A stretch of DNA of 64,000 bases from Gammaproteobacteria bacterium (GTDB taxonomy: Bacteria; Pseudomonadota; Gammaproteobacteria; GCA-001735895). Each line of letters opens with the position of its first letter. The first letter of the stretch is position 1. The stretch is taken from NCBI GenBank assembly GCA_030066085.1, contig JASJCI010000033.1:12570-76569 (forward strand), written 5' to 3'. Position numbers and translations under genes: made by a program. Positions 10,480 to 20,221 of the stretch are shown piece after piece. The notes beneath the pieces are model-generated. The model saw only the letters and a program-made list of their open reading frames with translations, had not been told where the DNA came from and did not search any database.

Positions 10480-11112
10480 TCACCGCTGCGGGTAAACGAC
10501 GGTCAGGCCCAGCGCGAACCAGTTCTGCATGCCGCCGCGGTAATACTTGATCCGGGCCGCGGGGTAACCCATTTTGAGCAGCCGGCGGATTGCCGCCGGC
10601 GACTGCGGGCACCAGATACCGTTGCAGAACATGACCAGTGTTTTCGCCTGGCTGAAGTCCCAGGACTCGGCCATGATCACGTCGAAACGTTCCTCGAGTA
10701 TTTCCAGCGCCCGCTCCGGCGATTTGAACTCGGTGAAGGGGATGCTGACCGAGCCCGGAATCGTGCCGCGCTTGACCCACGCCGAAGTGCGCGAGTCGAT
10801 CAGCAGGATCGAGTCGTCACCAGCGGCAATTTGCTGCAGGTATTCGATTACGCCCAGTTCGCCGATGGTCTCGACCGCGTGCGGTTCGAACGGGTGCATC
10901 GGCTGGATCTTGCCGCGATAGGTCGGCCGGAAGAATTCGACGATGTGACTGTCGGTCGACTGCTCGCGCATCAGCGTCACGGGCTTGCCTTCGTGCATGA
11001 TCTCGACGCTGAGCACGCCCGGCTCGATATAAACCTTGCGCTCGGCCTTTTCGCCAGCGCTCGTGACCTGCACGAACAGGCAGGCGATCAAAACGGCAAT
11101 CCTGGGTATCAC
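10480..11112 (-). CDS. Periplasmic rhodanese-domain sulfurtransferase
   Basis: Signal peptide; LIDSR..W..GTIPGS, active-site loop FCNGIWCPQS, YYRGGMQNW. Confidence 0.85.
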   Translation of the reverse strand: MIPRIAVLIACLFVQVTSAGEKAERKVYIEPGVLSVEIMHEGKPVTLMREQSTDSHIVEFFRPTYRGKIQPMHPFEPHAVETIGELGVIEYLQQIAAGDDSILLIDSRTSAWVKRGTIPGSVSIPFTEFKSPERALEILEERFDVIMAESWDFSQAKTLVMFCNGIWCPQSPAAIRRLLKMGYPAARIKYYRGGMQNWFALGLTVVYPQR

Positions 11113-11319
11113 GGCAGACTCTCGTTATCTCCGGGAACTTCATTGTCCGCCATGCGCAGCGTATGGCAATCTAACCCTTGGGGTAGACGCCCGCCCCGTC
11201 GGTAATGAATACCCCTCGGCCGGGGTTCAGGTCGATAACTACCAGTTTCGGGGAAGGCGGCGCAGCGCGCGGACGTTTTCGGCTGATCGCGACCGGGGGA
11301 GCGCCCTGCTTTTCGCAGT

Positions 11320-12843
11320 TTAGTGCTGCTCGTACGCGGGCGCGGCGGCGCTGGACGCCAGCGGCAGGGTGAACTCGAAGGTTGTACCGCTCGCCTGCCC
11401 CACCGAACGAATCTCGATGCTGCCGCCGTGGCGCTCGATGATCTGCTTGACGATCGACAGCCCGACACCGGTGCCCTCGGTACTCGTATCGAGACGCTCG
11501 AACAGCTGGAAAATCCTTTCGTGGTACTCGGGTTCGATGCCGATTCCGTTGTCGCTGACGAAACAGTGCACCCAGGTATCCTGCACGCGCGCTCCGATTT
11601 CGATGACCGGTTCAGGCTGGTTGCCCATGAACTTGGCCGCGTTGGCAACCAGGTTCTGAAATACCTCGGTCAGCCGCTGCGGTTCGGCCTGCACCACGGG
11701 CAGGTCCGGTTCGACTTCTACCCTGACCCCCCGCTCTTCGAGCTCGCGCGATACCAGCGATATCGCGCGTTCGACAACTTCGTCGAGCGCGACCGCGGTC
11801 TTCGATTCCTGCGCCAGGTTGGCCTTGCTAAGGCTCAGGATATCGTCCAGCAGCCGACTCATCGTCTGTACCGCGTTGCGTACCTTGCCCATGTCTTCCA
11901 GCGCCCGGGTGGTGCGGCCCTGCTCGAGATCTTGCTCGAGAAACCCGGTAAAACCCTGGATGGTATACAGCGGGCTCTTGAGGTCGTGCGATATCGTGTA
12001 GGCGTAACGCTCGAGCTCCTCATTGCGCGCGGCGAGATCGTCGAGCAACTGCTTGCGCTCGAACTCGGCCTGCATGCGCCGGGCAACTTCGTCACTCAGG
12101 GCGTTACGATCCTTTTCGCTCTGCACCAGGGCATTACGGGTCTGAACGAGATTGCTGTAACGGCCGCGCAACTGCAGCAAAATGATGACGAACAGTATCA
12201 GCACACTGGCGATCATCCCGGCGAGTGACAGGTAGAGCGCGATACGACTGTCGCGTAACATGTCTTCACGTGCCTGGTCGGACCAGGCCCGATTGAGGTG
12301 GGCGTCGATCATGAACAAGTGTACCGCTGCGGCCATGGCCCGGTAATCCCGCAGGAATTCGGGCGGCAGCGGATTGCCTGCCTCGACCGCACCGAACACG
12401 CCATCCTCGTGTTTGCGCAGGATTGCGAGCATGACCGGAACCGCGGCGTCATAACTGTCGACCTGCTTGAGCGGTCGGCTGTGCTCACCCTCCTGCATCA
12501 GCGTAATCCGGCTCCAGAGCACGTCGAAGCCGGTCAGCACAACTTCACCGTCGAGGTCCCGATCCCTGGCGGCGTAACGCAGCAGCAGGCCGTCGAGCTT
12601 GAGGTACTCGCGCTCGAAGGACACCACCAGCCACAGCGTCGCCTGGGATTCGTAGCGCGCCAGCGCGGACTCTTCGCGCAGTTTCAACAGGCCATAGCCA
12701 GTTGCGACCGCGAACAGCAGGATTGCCGCCACCAGCAGGACATAACTGCCGGAAAGGATCCTGCCGCCGCTGACGGATTCCGCCTCGAGCGAGTCGGCGG
12801 CTTCAGGATCGTCGGATGTATAGGTATTGCTCAACGCTGCCAA
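11320..12843 (-). CDS. Membrane-bound sensor histidine kinase
   Basis: Two TM segments flanking a periplasmic domain; H-box SHDLKSPL, N-box FQNLVANA, DNGIGI, GTGVGL. Confidence 0.92.
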   Translation of the reverse strand: MAALSNTYTSDDPEAADSLEAESVSGGRILSGSYVLLVAAILLFAVATGYGLLKLREESALARYESQATLWLVVSFEREYLKLDGLLLRYAARDRDLDGEVVLTGFDVLWSRITLMQEGEHSRPLKQVDSYDAAVPVMLAILRKHEDGVFGAVEAGNPLPPEFLRDYRAMAAAVHLFMIDAHLNRAWSDQAREDMLRDSRIALYLSLAGMIASVLILFVIILLQLRGRYSNLVQTRNALVQSEKDRNALSDEVARRMQAEFERKQLLDDLAARNEELERYAYTISHDLKSPLYTIQGFTGFLEQDLEQGRTTRALEDMGKVRNAVQTMSRLLDDILSLSKANLAQESKTAVALDEVVERAISLVSRELEERGVRVEVEPDLPVVQAEPQRLTEVFQNLVANAAKFMGNQPEPVIEIGARVQDTWVHCFVSDNGIGIEPEYHERIFQLFERLDTSTEGTGVGLSIVKQIIERHGGSIEIRSVGQASGTTFEFTLPLASSAAAPAYEQH

Positions 12844-12864
12844 ACCCGGCTCTACGCCTGCGAT

Positions 12865-13386
12865 CTACTCGATCACCAGCGCTTTCAGCTGCCAGATCCA
12901 GCGGTCGGTAATCAGGTCGGTATCCAGCTCGGGATAGGTTTCCCGGGGATACACGACCCAGATCGGGCCCTTGTCGCGCACGCGCATGTAGCGCCCGTTT
13001 TGCTGCAGCGCGAACAGCACGGGGTAATCACGCAGATCGGAAACCGGGATACTGATCTGGTAATCGTTGACCGCATGGGCCGTAATCATGGTTCCGTCGG
13101 CGCCGACCGCGTCCAGGATCAGGCGGCCAAGCACACCTCTGAACTGTTGCGTACCGTCGGTCCAGGGTGTTGTTACCGCCAGGTCCGACTGGCCCAGGGA
13201 TTCGAGCATGGCGCGGTCGAATCTTGCGCTGTCGCCGTCGTTGGTATGCCTGATCTTGCCGCTGACGGTCAGAATGACCTGGCCTTCAGGTGACGGCAAA
13301 CTCGCATCGGCGCGTGCTACCGTCGAGACCGACATCGCCACCAGACAGCAACAACCTGCTACCAACCGCATTATCGATAGTTTCAT
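12865..13386 (-). CDS. Periplasmic molybdopterin-binding-fold (sulfite-oxidase-like) protein
   Basis: Signal peptide; ILTVSG, TTPW, FRGV, AVNDY, MRVRDKGPIWVVYP and WIWQL motifs; start MKLS at 13386 (ORF is open to 13431). Confidence 0.8.
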   Translation of the reverse strand: MKLSIMRLVAGCCCLVAMSVSTVARADASLPSPEGQVILTVSGKIRHTNDGDSARFDRAMLESLGQSDLAVTTPWTDGTQQFRGVLGRLILDAVGADGTMITAHAVNDYQISIPVSDLRDYPVLFALQQNGRYMRVRDKGPIWVVYPRETYPELDTDLITDRWIWQLKALVIE

Positions 13387-13492
13387 GCCTCGCCCGGGGT
13401 CTGCTGATCCAGTTACACAGTATAGTGGCAAGTCGATTCGATTCAGGAAACCGGGGCGGCTTGTTCAATTGAATTTTTCTATTACCCGCTAA

Positions 13493-14320
13493 TCAGGCCG
13501 GGGCCAGCCCGCTGCGCCCGTAAACCGTTCGGTTAACCTCGGGATCACCGCGAATCCCGGGTTCTTCCTCGTACACGAAAACCGCCATCATGCGCAGCCT
13601 GTCGCCGGTGACCGTCGATACGCGGTGCAGCGAGTTGCAGCCGCGGAACAGGGTCAGCTCGCCCGCTGCGCGAGACACCACCCGCACCCGTTCGCGCCCG
13701 CCGCCGAGCACCTCCTGCATGTAGCCGATGTCCTCGTCGTCCGGACCACGGCGCGTATTCGGTGCCAGTTCGAAACGACCGCCACGCTCGGCGGACTGCA
13801 GCATCAGCGTCATCGTAAAGGCATTGGTCGAATCGTAGTGCCAGGCCGACTGGTCGCCGTCACCGTAGCAGATCACGTTGACCGGCTGCAGCGGATCCTC
13901 GTTCGGATAGAGCGCGTCGACCCCGACGATGGCTGCCACCAGCTGACGAAACGGGGTCCAGTAATAAAGCCGCTTCAGCGCCGACGAGCCGTCGATGAGA
14001 TCGGCCGCGATCATGTCGTAGCTGGCGTAGTTCATGATATTGCGCGGATGATCGCTGGCGTAGTCACCGTCACCCTGGCGCTGCAGGTAACAGTTGCGCC
14101 TGGATTCGGCGCGATTGGCGCGCGCCAGCAGCGGCAAGGTTTCCCGTACCAGTTGCGCCACCGCGTCCGCGCGCAGAAAGCCCGGCAGCGAACAGTACTG
14201 GTCGCGATCGAGGCGCTCGCGACAGCTGTCGATCAGGTCATGCAGGCGCATGGGATCCGTCGAGTCGAGGTGGTAACGATCGAAATCGATCGGCGGCAGA
14301 TCCGGATTCGCAGCTGTCAT
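13493..14320 (-). CDS. Fe(II)/2-oxoglutarate oxygenase, HalD/BesD-like fold with HxD triad (hydroxylase-type)
   Basis: WHYD motif, FTMTLMLQ..E.GG.F, GELTLFRG..SLHRVS and downstream Arg. Confidence 0.75.
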   Translation of the reverse strand: MTAANPDLPPIDFDRYHLDSTDPMRLHDLIDSCRERLDRDQYCSLPGFLRADAVAQLVRETLPLLARANRAESRRNCYLQRQGDGDYASDHPRNIMNYASYDMIAADLIDGSSALKRLYYWTPFRQLVAAIVGVDALYPNEDPLQPVNVICYGDGDQSAWHYDSTNAFTMTLMLQSAERGGRFELAPNTRRGPDDEDIGYMQEVLGGGRERVRVVSRAAGELTLFRGCNSLHRVSTVTGDRLRMMAVFVYEEEPGIRGDPEVNRTVYGRSGLAPA

Positions 14321-14552
14321 CGGCTAAATCCGTCCGCAACTTCTGGCAGATGCGCTGGCCCGGAGAGACGACGCCGAACTGATTCCCCGCGAGTCACCCA
14401 TGAACCTCCGACAGCGGATATGTCACGAAAATCGTCTGTCATGGCGACAGATACTGCGGGAATTTGCCACTAATGCAAGGGTTCGTCCGGTTTTGTTGAC
14501 AGTGTCGCTTTACCCTCAATACACTGAATTCCGGAGTTTGTAGATATTCGTT

Positions 14553-15908
14553 ATGTCGGGTCCCGGTCATCAGTCGCAGAAAAATGCCGTCATCGGTCGC
14601 GGCGCGCAGGACGAAATCGCGCCATGGTCGCCGACTCCAGGCCGCAGCCGTGACGTGGATATCGTGGTGGTCGGAGCCGGTATTGCCGGGCTTGCGGCGA
14701 CCCGGTCACTGCGACAGCGCGGACGCAGTGTTCGGTTGCTGGAGGCGAGCGCGCGGATCGGCGGTCGCGTGGTAACCGACACGGAGACCTTTGGCCTGCC
14801 CTTCGACCGGGGTGCCCACTGGCTGCACAACCGGGCCGCCAATCCGCTAGTGGCATGGGGTCGCGAACAGGGTTTCGATATTTACCCGGTAGAGGGACAC
14901 GAAATCCTCTACGTCGGCGATCGGGTGGCCAGTAGCGCGGAAACCAACGCCTTCGAGCGTGCCTACCGGGCAGCGATCCGGGCCATTGGCAAGGCGGGTA
15001 AACGGGGCCACGACGTCTGTCCGGCCGAAGTGGTTGCCGATGCCGGTGAATGGAGCGCAACGGTACACCAGGCCATCGGGCCCTTCGAAATGGCCAAGGA
15101 CTTCGACCGGTTTTCGTGCCAGGACTGGTGGGAGCAGGAGGATGGCGACGACGCAATTTGCCGGCAGGGCTACGGCAGCCTGGTAGCACGGCTGGCGCAG
15201 GGCGTAGAGGTCGAGCTCGACACACCGGTCAATCGTATCGACTGGAGCGGCGATGGCGTGAGGGTGCACAGCCAACGCGGCAGTATCCGTGCCGCCTGTT
15301 GCATCGTCACCGTATCCACCGGCGTCCTGGCGGCGAACGGGATCCGCTTCGATCCTGCCCTGCCCGCCCGGCAACAGGAAGCCTTCAACCGGGTCTCGAT
15401 GGGCATCTACAACCACCTGGCACTGCAATTTTCGCAGAACTTTTTCGGCATCGGCGCGGACGGCTACCTGACCTATCAAATTCCGAACGGTCCCGCCAAA
15501 TCGCCAGCGGGCATGGGCATGCTGGTCAACCAGGGTGGCAGTAACCTGTCATTCGGCGATGTCGGCGGAGAGTTTGCGCGGGAACTGGAAAGCGAGGGCG
15601 TCGACGGCGGCATTCATTTTGCACTGGGTGAATTGCGCAAGATTTTCGGCAGCGATGTCGACCGGTATTTTATCAGGGGTGATGCAACCCGCTGGGGCAG
15701 CGATCCGCATTATCACGGTGCTTATGCCTCGGCCGAACCGGGTGCCTGGCATCAGCGCAGAGTATTACGTAAACCGGTCGCTGATCGTATTTACTTTGCC
15801 GGTGAGGCCTGCGACCGCTACGAATGGTCGACGGTGCATGGCGCTTATCGCAGCGGCAGAAAAACCGCCAAGCGCGTACACAAATGCCTCACCCCGGCGC
15901 GGGACTGA
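14553..15908 (+). CDS. Flavin monoamine oxidase family protein
   Basis: VVGAGIAGLAA, LEASARIGGRV, FDRGAHWLH and IYFAGEA..TVHGAY.SG motifs. Confidence 0.88.
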   Translation: MSGPGHQSQKNAVIGRGAQDEIAPWSPTPGRSRDVDIVVVGAGIAGLAATRSLRQRGRSVRLLEASARIGGRVVTDTETFGLPFDRGAHWLHNRAANPLVAWGREQGFDIYPVEGHEILYVGDRVASSAETNAFERAYRAAIRAIGKAGKRGHDVCPAEVVADAGEWSATVHQAIGPFEMAKDFDRFSCQDWWEQEDGDDAICRQGYGSLVARLAQGVEVELDTPVNRIDWSGDGVRVHSQRGSIRAACCIVTVSTGVLAANGIRFDPALPARQQEAFNRVSMGIYNHLALQFSQNFFGIGADGYLTYQIPNGPAKSPAGMGMLVNQGGSNLSFGDVGGEFARELESEGVDGGIHFALGELRKIFGSDVDRYFIRGDATRWGSDPHYHGAYASAEPGAWHQRRVLRKPVADRIYFAGEACDRYEWSTVHGAYRSGRKTAKRVHKCLTPARD

Positions 15909-15941
15909 CCGCTGCCGCTGGCCGAGGAGGACAAGCGCCGG

Positions 15942-16349
15942 TCAGTACAGCGGAAACTCGAGGCCGATAACGGCAGCTTCCTGGGTCATGGTCAGCTTGA
16001 GCACGCCCAGCTGCGCGGACAGGCCCAGCATGGGCAACATGCCGGCTTTGTAGCCCATGGCAACCCCGTAGGAGTAGCTCAGGACCTTGTTGATCGGGTA
16101 GCTGCGCGCAAAGAAGAACGACGGGTCGTCTTCCGAGTTCGTGTAGGCTCCGAAAACACTGTGGTTGTGCACGAGATAAAGCCCGTTGTGCGTGCTGTTG
16201 AAGTCTTCGTTATCACGATAGTGCACCGATTCGTTCAGCGTGCCGAGGCGGTAATGGTCGCTGGCGACGGCATCGTTGGCGATGACGGAGACGACCCAGA
16301 GGGAAAAACCGGCCAGCAAGCCGGCTGCCAGGATTGATCGATTCATCAT
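15942..16349 (-). CDS. Small exported beta-barrel-like protein (PagP-like pattern)
   Basis: Signal peptide; S.H...FN..NGL, G.Y.NS...S.F and G...GY pattern; aromatic C-terminus. Confidence 0.6.
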   Translation of the reverse strand: MMNRSILAAGLLAGFSLWVVSVIANDAVASDHYRLGTLNESVHYRDNEDFNSTHNGLYLVHNHSVFGAYTNSEDDPSFFFARSYPINKVLSYSYGVAMGYKAGMLPMLGLSAQLGVLKLTMTQEAAVIGLEFPLY

Positions 16350-16759
16350 TTCGCGGTCGCTCTGTTACGGAATTGCCCGGGTTATCGGCACCAGCTGCGA
16401 CAACTTGACAAAACCGATAACTCGGCGAATCAGGCCGCCTTTCCCGTGCTGAGCCAGGCAACGGATTCGAAAGGACTGGCCCTGCAGGATCCATGGCGAA
16501 CGATATCCTGGCCGCGGCAGTACGATCCCTGCCGGGGATCGCCGGGCGCAGCCGTTGCGGGGCCGTCGCGCCCGGTTGTTTTTAGCCCGCCGTCTGCCCG
16601 CAACAGCCGCGCGCCGCGCTGGCCGAAACCGCCCGGGGACAGTCGATTTTCGCGATCGGCCGCGTGGCGTTATACTGGCAGCGGCGCATCGTCTGCCGAC
16701 AACGCGGCAACTCGATGCGAATCCATTGAAGCCAGGCAGTTCGGGAGGTGCATACCGCC

Positions 16760-17473
16760 ATGAAACCGTTCAACAAACTGCTGCTCGTCATCGCCGGCGC
16801 CTGCGCCCTGCCGGCGACAGCGGCCGAGGTCAAATCGGTCAGCATCGGCAATTCCGACGTTTTCTACGAGTACGAAACTACCGAGTCCGACGTCGCCATC
16901 CTGACCCTCAACGCGCTGGTCAGCGAAACCAACAATTCGCTGCGCGGGTTGAAAAACACGGATCGGCGGCGCCTGGGTAAACTCGGGCAGCTGATCTACC
17001 AGTGCAAGCTGATGCTGTACAAGCCGGCTGACGGCAAACAGGCCATCGACACCGACGGGCCGATGCTGATTTCGAAAAACTACAGCCTTTACAGCGGCGT
17101 CGACCAGCGCCTGGCGCCGAACGAACGCATGGGTATCCGCGTCGAGGCGCTGCGCGATGTCGACGAAGCCAGCCTGTTTTCCGCTTCGCTCGGTAGCCGT
17201 GAACCGCTGGCGGCGCGCTGGGACTTACCCGCGGTGGCGGGTGCCGGCGACCTGCGCCAGATCGACGTAAGCCTGCTGCAGCAGGATGACATCGTCGCTA
17301 CTTCGCAGAGCGTCGATATCGTCGTGCGCTTTCCGGTGTTCCAGCTCGAAAAGCCGGTGCGCGAATGGTCCTACAACTTCGATTTGCGCGACTTCAGGCA
17401 GGCAGTGCGGCATATCGACGAAAACTGCACGCCCGCCAGGATGGTGGAGTTGATCGGTAACAGCAGCGGTTAG
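16760..17473 (+). CDS. Hypothetical exported protein
   Basis: Signal peptide MKPFNKLLLVIAGACALPATAA; host-like codon usage; GGAGG upstream; no family recognised. Confidence 0.65.
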   Translation: MKPFNKLLLVIAGACALPATAAEVKSVSIGNSDVFYEYETTESDVAILTLNALVSETNNSLRGLKNTDRRRLGKLGQLIYQCKLMLYKPADGKQAIDTDGPMLISKNYSLYSGVDQRLAPNERMGIRVEALRDVDEASLFSASLGSREPLAARWDLPAVAGAGDLRQIDVSLLQQDDIVATSQSVDIVVRFPVFQLEKPVREWSYNFDLRDFRQAVRHIDENCTPARMVELIGNSSG

Positions 17474-17521
17474 ACGCGGATTTTCGCGCCCGTGCCGATC
17501 AGGCGCAACGTCTGACGCCGC

Positions 17522-18346
17522 TCAGGAGGCGGCCCGGTGAATACGCGGCGCCGAGCGGATCAGCATGCGCGTGTAGTCCGACTGCGGTGATTCGATGAGC
17601 TTTTCGGTCGCCTGTTCCTCGACCAGCTTGCCCGACTTGAGTACGCCGATGCGGTGCGCCATGACGCGCACCACCGCGAGGTCGTGGGTGATGAACAGGT
17701 AAGTCAGGCCGAGATCGCGCTGCAGCTGCTTGAGCAGGTTCAAAACCTGCGCCTGCACCGACACGTCGAGTGCCGAGGTGGGTTCGTCGCAGACGATGAA
17801 GTCGGGCTTCGACGCCAGCGCACGCGCGATCGAAATGCGCTGCCGCTGGCCACCCGAAAACTCGTGCGGAAAACGCCGCGCGTCCGACGCCGACAGGCCG
17901 ACCTGCTCGAGCAGCTCGTGCACGCGCGCCTGCTCGGCTTGCGGGCCATCGACGAGACGGAATACGCGCAGCGGTTCGGCGAGGATACTGCCAACCCGCC
18001 AGCGCGGGTTTAGCGACGCGTAGGGCGACTGGAACACCATCTGCAGGCGCTGACGAATACGCCGCTGCTCGGCCACCGACAGGCTGCCGTCGTGCAGGTC
18101 CTGGCCATCGATCAGGACCCGGCCGCCGGTCGGCGTCAGCAGTCCCACGGCCATGCGCGCGATGGTCGACTTGCCGGAACCGCTTTCACCCACCAGCGCA
18201 TAGGTCTTGCCGCGTTCGATGCCGAAGGAAACATCGTCGACCGCGTCGAGAAACTTTTTCGGCCGGCGATAAATCATGCGCGCCAGCCAGGGCTCCGACA
18301 GGTCGAAACGCTGGTTCAGGTGTTCGATGCGAATGAACTCATCCAT
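17522..18346 (-). CDS. Peptide/nickel-family ABC importer ATPase (DppF/OppF-like)
   Basis: GESGSGKST, FSGGQRQR, CDEPTSALDVSVQAQ. Confidence 0.92.
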   Translation of the reverse strand: MDEFIRIEHLNQRFDLSEPWLARMIYRRPKKFLDAVDDVSFGIERGKTYALVGESGSGKSTIARMAVGLLTPTGGRVLIDGQDLHDGSLSVAEQRRIRQRLQMVFQSPYASLNPRWRVGSILAEPLRVFRLVDGPQAEQARVHELLEQVGLSASDARRFPHEFSGGQRQRISIARALASKPDFIVCDEPTSALDVSVQAQVLNLLKQLQRDLGLTYLFITHDLAVVRVMAHRIGVLKSGKLVEEQATEKLIESPQSDYTRMLIRSAPRIHRAAS

Positions 18347-19298
18347 CGGCGTACAACCAGCAGGCGACTCGCTCCTGCAGTAAATCCGGGCGCTGCTCGA
18401 CGCAGCGATCCTGCGCGTGTTCGCAACGCGGGTGAAAAGCGCAGCCGGTCGGCAGCGCGTCGAGACGCGGCATGGCGCCCTCGATCTGGAACAGCTCGGT
18501 ATCGATATTGCCGAGTTCCACCGATGGCGTCGACGCGATCAGCCCACGGGTATAGGGATGCTCCGGCTGATGCAGCACCTTTTCCGTCGGGCCGATTTCG
18601 GCCAGGCGCCCGGCGTAGAGCACCGCGACCCGATCGGTGGTCTCGGCGATGACACCCATGTCGTGGGTAATCAGGATGACCGATGCATTGCGTTCGCGGC
18701 AGAGTTTTTTCAGCAGCTCGAGCACCTGCGCCTGCACCGACACGTCGAGCGCGGTGGTCGGTTCGTCGGCGATGATCAGTTCCGGTTCCGCCGACAGCGC
18801 CAGTGCAATCACCACCCGCTGGCGCATGCCGCCGGAAAACTCGTGCGGGTAGGCGTTGAAACGGGCCGGGTCGATGCCGACTTCTTCGAGACCGGCCATG
18901 GCCTTGCGTTTTGCCTCTTCCTGGCTCACCGGCAGATGCATCTGGATGGTTTCGATCAGCTGGTCACCGATCGTGCGCAGCGGGTTGAGACTGGTCAGCG
19001 GATCCTGGAACACCATGCTGATGCGGCGTCCGCGAATCTTCGTGAAGGCGCGCATGTCGAGCTGATCGATACGCTGGTCCTCGAGCCAGATTTCACCCTG
19101 CTCGACGTAACCGGGCGGATCGATCAGGCCGATGATGGCCGCGCCGGTCATCGACTTGCCGGCACCGGACTCGCCGACAAAACCGAGTATCTCGCCCTTT
19201 TTAACCTCGAAGGACACGTCGTCGATCGCCACCAGCTCGCCGTGACGGTGCGGAAACACGACCCGCAGGTTCTGCACGCGCAGAATCGACTCGCTCAT
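18339..19298 (-). CDS. Peptide/nickel-family ABC importer ATPase (DppD/OppD-like)
   Basis: GESGAGKS, FSGGMRQR, HPYT and C-terminal GCAFHPRC Cys motif; start MSESIL at 19298. Confidence 0.92.
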   Translation of the reverse strand: MSESILRVQNLRVVFPHRHGELVAIDDVSFEVKKGEILGFVGESGAGKSMTGAAIIGLIDPPGYVEQGEIWLEDQRIDQLDMRAFTKIRGRRISMVFQDPLTSLNPLRTIGDQLIETIQMHLPVSQEEAKRKAMAGLEEVGIDPARFNAYPHEFSGGMRQRVVIALALSAEPELIIADEPTTALDVSVQAQVLELLKKLCRERNASVILITHDMGVIAETTDRVAVLYAGRLAEIGPTEKVLHQPEHPYTRGLIASTPSVELGNIDTELFQIEGAMPRLDALPTGCAFHPRCEHAQDRCVEQRPDLLQERVACWLYADG

Positions 19299-20221
19299 TT
19301 GAGCCTCGGGTTCAGCGTATCGCGCAGCCAGTCGCCGAGCAGGTTGACCGACAGCGCCAGCGCCAGCAGGGTCACCGCCGGGAACAGCAGGATCCACCAT
19401 TCACCGGAGAACAGGAAATCCTGGCCGATGCGGATCAGCGTGCCGAGACTGGGCTCGGTCGGCGGCGCGCCGACGCCGAGGAACGACAGGGTCGCCTCGG
19501 CGATGATTGCGAGCGCAAGGGTGATAGTCGCAATAACCAGTACCGGCGACAGCACGTTGGGCAGGATGTGGCGGACCATGATCTGGCTGCTGCCGAGACC
19601 GATCAGGCGCGCGGCCTGCACGTATTCCTTTTCTTTCTCGACCATCGTGGTACCCCGCACGGTGCGCGCGAACGGCACCCATTCCGACAGGCCGATGGCG
19701 ACGATCAGCACGGTAATCGCGAGCTCGTCGCGCAGGTCGGGCGGCAGCAGGCCGCGCGCGACGCCGAAGATCAGCACCGCGATCAGGATCGACGGGAAGG
19801 TCACCTGGATATCGGCGATACGCATGATCACCGCGTCGACCCAGCCGCCGCGGTAACCCGCCAGCAGGCCCAGGCTGACGCCAATGAACATCGCCAGGAT
19901 GACCGCGGTGAGACCGACGAACAGCGATACGCGCAGGCCGTAAATGATCGCGGATAACAAATCGCGACCCTGGTCGTCGGTGCCGAGCAGGAAGGTTTCG
20001 CCGGTGAACGCATTGGGCTCCATTGGCGGCGTAAAGCCGTTCATCAGGTTCAGCGAACCCGGATCGAACGGATTGGTTGGCGCCACCAGGTCGGCCAGGA
20101 TCGCCATCAGGATCAGGGTGACGACGATGACAAACGACACGATCGTGACCGGCGAGCGTTTGAAGTCGTAGAAGAAGTCGCTCGCGAGAAATCGCTGCCA
20201 GGCGCTCTTTTCGCCGTTCAT
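19295..20221 (-). CDS. Peptide-family ABC permease (DppC-like)
   Basis: LGTDDQGRD, EYVQAAR..G, HILPN and EATLSFLG motifs; start MNGEK at 20221. Confidence 0.92.
   Translation of the reverse strand: MNGEKSAWQRFLASDFFYDFKRSPVTIVSFVIVVTLILMAILADLVAPTNPFDPGSLNLMNGFTPPMEPNAFTGETFLLGTDDQGRDLLSAIIYGLRVSLFVGLTAVILAMFIGVSLGLLAGYRGGWVDAVIMRIADIQVTFPSILIAVLIFGVARGLLPPDLRDELAITVLIVAIGLSEWVPFARTVRGTTMVEKEKEYVQAARLIGLGSSQIMVRHILPNVLSPVLVIATITLALAIIAEATLSFLGVGAPPTEPSLGTLIRIGQDFLFSGEWWILLFPAVTLLALALSVNLLGDWLRDTLNPRLK

Noticed and set aside
13493-14320. Radical halogenase call
   Set aside because: The iron motif is HYD; halogenases have Gly or Ala at the Asp position.
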